Positions 57,306-64,000 of a stretch of 64,000 nt of DNA are shown piece after piece (position 1 is the stretch's first letter; every line of letters begins with the position of its first letter). The position numbers and the translations under genes are program-made. Source of the DNA: Halocafeteria seosinensis (Eukaryota); assembly GCA_001687465.1 (NCBI GenBank), contig LVLI01000066.1, forward strand, positions 1 to 64,000. Reading direction: 5' to 3'. Below the pieces are notes generated by a model, which ran no database searches, had not been told where the DNA came from, and saw only the letters and a list, made by a program, of their open reading frames with translations.

Positions 57306-58881
57306 TCAATAGTGGCATTGTCTGCTGCCTAGTTCTACGGATTTTGTGTTACCGCGGGTGACGTATGCTGTCAGGGGGTTATTCGTTGGATACGTGGTTT
57401 TTTCCTCATCCGTTTGGTTTCCGCTGACCCCACTGTCATCGTCATTGCTTGCCATTCTATTTCTGAGCACCATGGCAATTCCGATAGCAGCGGCGATTGC
57501 TAATGCCGCTGTAAGTCCGATACGACTTGACCCGATACTCTTTTCCTTATTGGATCGGTATATAGACAAAAGTCCGTAGTACTCCGTACTACTACCGCTG
57601 AACCGGTAGAATCCTGAACGGACAAGGCATACCGACCTTCACTATCAGTTTCGAAGCCTCTGCCAGAGAAGGCGGAAATCCGTGCATGTTAATGGTGGCC
57701 GATTATGTCTCAGTGCATTATTTGTAGGACGTACGTTCCCACAAACTCTTCACATCCAGCAGGAAAGTTAGATAGCACATTCCCTTTCTGACAAATACTA
57801 ACGGGACCTCCATTTTCGTCCAGGGTCTCCAGATTTATCGGAATACATCTTTCTTCAGAGCTGCTCGACACACTCCATACTTACCTGTGTTTCGTCAGAT
57901 TTACTCGGGTATGGTTCCTTTGTCTTATCATCTCTCACGGGAGACTCATCTGACATCATGATGAGCGCCGGTATCACCATTACGACTGTCGTCGTCTTGA
58001 GTAGTTCTCTGTGGGACCTCTCGGCTGGATGGGACGGAAGCATATTCTAACAGATACAGAACAGCTTAGCTTTCGGCGACACGCATTGCGAACTTACGCT
58101 CCACATCGAACGTCGTGGACGGCACCTCGGCACCGCCATTTTGGCAAGAACCTTCTTCGATTTGGACCTTCTCTTGTTTGAACTTAGAAAGATACAAGAC
58201 GTTGCGCCAGATGACGTTGCGACTTCCACGGTGTACCACGTAATACCGTTGTACGTATACGACCCTTTAAATCTGCCTACTTGTTTCACAGCGACATAGA
58301 GTATATCTTGAACCGTGTTCGAACGCTTCCGTACCAGACTTTGAATCAATTTATGGAAAGTGAATGAGTAAAGTAAAGTACATTTACCTTAGCAGTTACA
58401 TTTCAAATTGTGTCTCCTACGGTGAAATCTCAGTGCCAGATACTATATCGTAACGATCATTCAACTCTCCCGATCTAGTGTCGTATCCGACAGACAGAGA
58501 ATTTGTGTCCTAGAGGACATGCCAACGACGTGTGGCGTTGCGCAACCAAGCCTACAAGGCTGACTGAGTACCAGCGCTACCTGAATCAATTTATGGAAAG
58601 TGAATGAGCAATGTAGAGTACATTTACCTTAGCAGTTACTGTTCAAATTGTGTCTTATACGGTGCAATCTCAGTGCCATGCTATATCGTAACGATCATTC
58701 AACTCTCCCGATCTAGTGTCGTATCCGACAGACAGAGAATCTGTGACATAGAGGACATGCCAACGACCTGCGGCGTTGTGTAACCAAGCCTACCAGACTG
58801 AGCGCTACCTCGACCAGATGGTAACTCTGAACGCACTGCACTGCAAGGATGACTTTCAACTTTGCTTACGGTAAAACGCAC
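57306..58881 (-). pseudogene. Degenerate multi-exon gene for a probable type-I membrane protein between the two NLR-like genes
   Basis: C-terminal TM IGLTAALAIAAAIGIAMVL followed by RNR and a short tail. Splice donors CAG|GTAAGT (~57884) and AAG|GTAAAT (58387, 58627). Upstream frames carry stops and frameshifts. Boundaries uncertain. Confidence 0.4.
58342..58810. repeat. Tandem duplication, 240-bp period
   Basis: TGAATCAATTTATGGAAAGTGAATGAG starts at 58342 and 58582; both copies end in AGCGCTACC. Each contains a minus-strand exon plus short-intron unit. Confidence 0.95.
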
Positions 58882-59290
58882 TTCATCAGCTTACGTCGCG
58901 TGGTCGACCAGTACGAAGGGTATGCACAAGTTTTGAAGAAGTACTGTAGTTAGATGGGTGCGGAATCTGCACTGCAGATTTAAATCTCGCCCAGGCCTGC
59001 GCAACCAGCAATCATTGACATCCACTAATCACGTTAAAACATTGCCCATATACATATAGTATGCCGACAGTGAATCGTGATCTGACCGGCAACGGCCACG
59101 ACCGGCGGGGCCAAGCTCAGTGACCAGTGGTCACCAGCGGCAGCGGCGGCAGTGGTTCACACAGTTTACCACGCCGGAAGATACTGTATTGTCCGTCCGA
59201 CTGAATGTGTTGGAACTGGTACATACGTACATACATACAGCCATTCCCTACAGTCTCATCCTCATCTTGTTCTTTTACCATTACTGTACA

Positions 59291-59620
59291 CCGTCATCAT
59301 ATATATATTGCTCCTACCGGAAGACGTGTCTGCTGCAGGCTACGCTAAGCCGTGTGAGGGGTGAACCCTACCCGGAACCGGTCCAATATCACGTGGTGGC
59401 GCATCAACGTGACTGACAGTTTGGCCGTCATCAGCTTGCGGATCATCTGGTGTGTATTGGTATTGCTTCTACCGGAAGACGTGTCTGCTGCCGTGTGCGG
59501 GGTGAACCCTACCCGGAACCGGTCCAACATCTTCTGGTGGCATCGTACAAGTACAAGCTGTACAAGTACAGTATAGTTCTCGCTCGCGTGGTGTATTTCT
59601 CCAGGGAAAGCTCTCCGAAG
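59291..59620 (+). repeat. Local tandem duplication (~135-155 bp unit) of a signal-peptide-encoding fragment; third copy at 38490
   Basis: CTACCGGAAGACGTGTCTGCTGC and GGGGTGAACCCTACCCGGAACCGGTCCAA each occur twice; encodes ..YILLLPEDVSA|A..NPTRNRSNITWWRINVTDSL. Confidence 0.85.
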
Positions 59621-59818
59621 GCCACGCCAGGAGACAGTGGAACTGGGTCTCCCCCACAACACATACACTCAAGTCTTTTCATTCCACGCGAAGAAACCAA
59701 GGGGAAGGGGCCCCCATCCCGCTTCGTGGAGCCTGTATAGGCGACTGGAGCCACCAAACAAGAAGCTAAAGAATCAACATTCTCGAGAGGGAGAACAGTT
59801 ACGTTTCTAAGCATTGTA

Positions 59819-62800
59819 ATGGTCACTGATAGCACCGAGAGTCGATTAAGAATGGAGAAGAGAGTATCCTCGGTATACAAATCGATGCTGGTTTGCATCG
59901 TAGCTTTGCTTGTGGCAAGTGGTATCTCCTCAGCCATGGCCACGGCAGCAGAAGACGAGGATATCCAGGAAGAGCAGCTATTCATGAGTTCCTACTCCCG
60001 ACCACCAACTTATTTTCTTCGACATTCCATTCCTCCTCGAGAGGAGAAGAAGCAACAACATGCGCCAGTGCATAGACGAAATCTGATTGAAACGTCAGCT
60101 CTGCCAACTTGGGCGAACTGGCTGCTTGGCGCCCTCGGCGGAAGTGGCTCTGTCGGTTTGGTAATCTTGTGGATATGGAAATCCTGTTTAAAGTATCAGT
60201 TTCGGAAAGAAGATCCTTTCTCATATCGTGTGGCCACGGAACTGGATTTGGACTCGACCACTTATGCTCCTTCCAATCCGGATGCCCAGCGCTCTCCCAA
60301 TGAATACCGTCCAGATCTGTTAGTCCAATATCTTCGAGCCAATCTACAATTGTTGGTGATTTGGTCCAGAAAAGAGGGTTCAAGTATATCTTTGTTTGAT
60401 TATTTTCGTAAATATGGAGATGACGCGCGTCATCTTTGTCTCTGTTTCGGGAAGAAGGGCACAACGGCTGATCTAAGCCACTTCGCATCTGCGTTCGCGA
60501 CTGCATTGAAGAATGGTCAAGGTGACCCACTTGAGATGCATGAAGCAAGTACGGACACAAGGCTTCAAGGACGGCAGCAGTTTGTCCTGAAACGGAAAGG
60601 GTGCTGTCGAAGGATGTTTTGCTTGGGTAAACTCATTTCACCGGAAGAACTACAGCCGCGGGCATCTCCAACGTTGAAGCGTGACGTTTTCCTCCGATTT
60701 TGCAAACTGATAGCCACATCGCCCGATCACTCGGTAAGTACAGCTAAATTGAGGGATCCTCCTTTGTCAATATATCTAGACTGTACTGACACTGAAATGG
60801 ACCCGGATTTTATTCCTGTGGACATTGCGTGGAGGGGTATGAACGACCTCTCCAAGAATCCGTGGGAAAACATGGGAAGTCCCTTACTGATCAATCCGTG
60901 GACCGTCCTGCTAGGTGACGAAAACATTCAAATCTCTTTGTATGCCTACCATTCGGAGGAAAACTGCCCCATTGAATTTGCTACCAAGAGGAACGGGCAA
61001 CCTGATAGGCAACGTGTCACTTCCGGCCAAAGTCATCTTAACTTGGCGACATTTAAGAGAGAAAGCTGGGGTCTGCGGCTCACTTCGAGTGCACTAGTCG
61101 AGAGACATGGTATTGAGAATGGAAACATCGTCTTCCATCTGAAGGCCACAATTCAGAATCGCGAAGAATTCCAGCTTAAGCAACTAAGCGAAAATTTATC
61201 GTACTGCACACTACCGGCTCCGTCAATGGATCGACTTGTCTTCAAGCAGGCGCAATATCGTGAACGCTTTCGACGCTGGTGTAACGATTCCAGTGATGAA
61301 GCAATTCTTCAGGCAATCCACGCTCCTCGATTAAAGTTGAATATCCCTACCATCGAGTCTGTAAATAGCAATCTCTTAACGGATCCAATAGGGTGGGCAG
61401 ATAAGAATGAAAAGCTGTTCTGGACCGGTATCGTTCCATTGTCAGACATGTTTGTTCTGTTTTGTGACGATAGTCCAGTTGAATTCTGCGATGCAAGCAC
61501 CAATCGAGTTCCTATAGAGCGACTAGTTCAATGCCCGGAGGAGTACAGTTTGCGTCCTACCGAGTCCTCTTTATACACCGTCGACAGCGTATCTGCTCCG
61601 TTCAAGATTCAGCTTGAATGCAATGACCAAGTTCATTCCGAAATAAGACAACGGAAGTCATTCACGGTTGGTCAGAGCAGCGTTAACGTAATATTTGACT
61701 GGAGTAAGCTACCTCCTCTATATAAGTGGGATGAGCTTACTCTGCTCTATCGAAGTTGGAGACTTCACCGTCTCTTTGGGCAGCAGACAGATGAGGCTGC
61801 ACACCCAGTCAAGCGACCGAAATTGAATAAATGCTATCAAAAGTTGACACTACGAGACAAGTACTCTAACAAAACGTCAGGGGAAGGGATCCAGACGAAG
61901 AATTTATTTTCCCTGTCAAATCCCAACAGGAAGTGGATTCTCTTCGAAGGAGAAGCAGGAGTTGGGAAGACCACCTTATTCAAGCATTTTGCTCAGTCAT
62001 GGTCTCTCGAAGAGACCGAGGGTAATGAGATAGGTGAGGTGATGAAGGATAAGTTCACGTGGGTACTATATCTTCAAATGCATCATTTGATACATGTAGA
62101 AAATGAGTACGCGAAAGCTGATGGGGATACATGCTTGGGGATTCTTCTCTCCAAGAGCTTCATGAAGCTTAAGGAAACCTTTAGCGACGAGGTTGCTGCG
62201 TGCGATATTACCGCGCAGCAAGCAGCGTAAACAGAGTGATATTCTTTTCCTCCTGGATGGGTGCGACGAAGTAAAAACTAATCCATTTGAACTTGGTTCA
62301 CTCGGTGGGAGAATGTTTTCCGTTCTTCGCCAAATGGGAGTGTTCGTTTTTGTATCGTCGCGATTCTCGAGTCATACGGCGAGTCGTCAGGATGGTATCC
62401 CCTTAGTTAACAGGTACTTTAGCTCTTTTGTAGTGGTGGAGGGACTCACACCGGAGGCTCGCAAACTTTTTGTGGAACAATATGCTCAAGAACGTTATCC
62501 AGACAGCAGAGGTAACCAACTGCATCTTTCCCAGACACTGCAGCTCTCCTTCCGGCTCAACGATCGGCTTGACTATCTCGGTGCTAATCCGACGCTCCTG
62601 GAAGCGATATGTTTTGTATATGTAGAGAGCTCAGGAAGCTTCTTTGAATCTACAAAGAAGGACATTCGCATCACGCCAATTTACGCTCGGACTGTGAAAC
62701 ATTTGGTGCACAAATGGTCGACGATATCATGCTCGTCTTCACCCGACGATGATCCCCTTGACGTGTCACTAAAAATGTTAGAGGATGTAGCCTTACGACT

Positions 62801-64000
62801 GGACGAAGATGGAGAAAATCTTCATGAGGAGAACGTTTCCACTGATAAAGACGTGTCTCTACATCGTTTGCAAAAGATCTTTGCAAAGTATCGCGAGGAA
62901 TTTCGGGGACCACTAAAGTCTGTAGAGCGGGTGACCGAGTTTTTCGAGCGTGTTGGTCTGTTGAGGATTGTGTGCCGCACGGGTGACGCAGATCAAACCT
63001 ATGAATTCATTCATCGTTCTTACTGGGAATATTTTGTGGCTCTAGGGGAATTTAGAAAGAGTAAGTCTCGCCCCGCCAGATACCTTATTCAATCTGAGTC
63101 TCGACTTTGGGATCGGGTTTTCGACTTCTACGTCAGCATATTTAGCGAACAGCAAAACATTAACACTATTACTGATTTGCTTCATAGCTTACATGGTTTG
63201 CTATGTGGGGAGCATGTATCCGGTTGTACACCAGATCAAGGCCCCCATCGGTTCACCGAACTTTTACTTGAAGTGCATCCAGATAAATTGGAAAAAGTAT
63301 CGCTTCACATGATAATGTCGGCTTCAGACGAAATACGATCGCTTTTGTTTTATGCAGGTGAAATAGGCAGTTTTCGTCTTGTTAGCTGGATCCTAGCTCA
63401 GACTGCTCAGCGTAACTATCAATGTGGCGAGAAGGAAACCTATAGCGAGCAAAGAGCACTTGTCCAAGTTGCACTCGCGGGATCTTCGAAAGGAGGACGA
63501 TCTGCTTGTTGCCGAAGGATACTGGATACCATGGATACTGATTTTTATCGGGTTGAGGAAACTTCGTGGTCAGCTATTTACATAGCATCGCGAGAAGCTA
63601 GTGCCCCGGGAGCTGCCGCATGTTTGCAGTTGCTACTGGCTGAAGCTAAGCTGTCCGAAACCCCGGAGTTTATTAAACAGGAATCTATGAAAATCGCAGG
63701 AGAACGGAGTCACGAACGTTGCGTCGCCCTGTTCTTAATCTGGTGTGACGGTGTTGTAGGTGAAGTCGCTGCACAAGTATTGGGTGACGCCTGGATGTCG
63801 ATGGCCCCACAAAAAAGAATAAATGCCGCAAAGAGTGAACTTAATTGTTTTGAAGAGTTAGTACAAGCGTTGCAACGGGATGATGTGGAACGACTTTACG
63901 CACTCAATGATGGCGGAAAGGATGTAAGCTTACAGTTCTCTCGAAAGGGACATGAGAATTGCTATTCTCCCGTATGGATTGCTGTGATATTAGACAGACC
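59819..64000 (+). pseudogene. NLR-like STAND NTPase 2, paralog of NLR 1, with one frameshift at ~62227; runs off the window
   Basis: ORF 59819-62230 is collinear with NLR 1 through Walker A (GEAGVGKT, 61949-61972). A second frame from 62226 (RKQSDILFLLDGCDEV..NPTLL..YEFIHRSYWEYF..CYSPVW) is stop-free to 64000 by manual translation. May be a recent pseudogene, an allele, or an assembly error. Confidence 0.85.

Noticed and set aside
58342..59620. CRISPR-like array
   Set aside because: Repeats are long two-copy duplications without short repeat/unique spacer periodicity; no cas genes; eukaryotic context.

Overview
Eukaryotic genomic DNA from a compact, intron-poor genome with short GT-AG introns. 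A cytoplasmic dynein-2 heavy chain gene implies a flagellated organism, probably a protist; the lineage cannot be fixed from sequence alone. Conserved genes are PRMT3, a golgin-like coiled-coil protein, an importin-13/transportin-SR-like karyopherin, DYNC2H1, NDC80, an atypical E2F7/8/DEL, a FATP/SLC27 acyl-CoA synthetase and GLOD4. Interleaved with them is fast-evolving accessory material: (i) four loci of one cysteine-containing LRR family (CNQxTITDxAF): one intact with a recent six-repeat block duplication, two pseudogenes, and one fused module; (ii) a head-to-head pair of paralogous NACHT (NLR-like) genes with a signal peptide, a conserved RRxLIE motif, one transmembrane helix, a duplicated unknown domain, NACHT and ankyrin-like repeats. 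The left copy reads in frame through a single TGA inside an ankyrin repeat into an LRR module, giving a ~2370-aa TM-NACHT-ANK-LRR receptor. The right copy has one frameshifting deletion between Walker A and Walker B. Together these suggest a membrane-anchored, repeat-shuffling NLR/LRR immune-receptor system in a protist (inference). Also seen: two MITE candidates, several local duplications, and E2F/CHR-like motifs upstream of both cell-cycle genes. No rRNA, tRNA or CRISPR was recognised.
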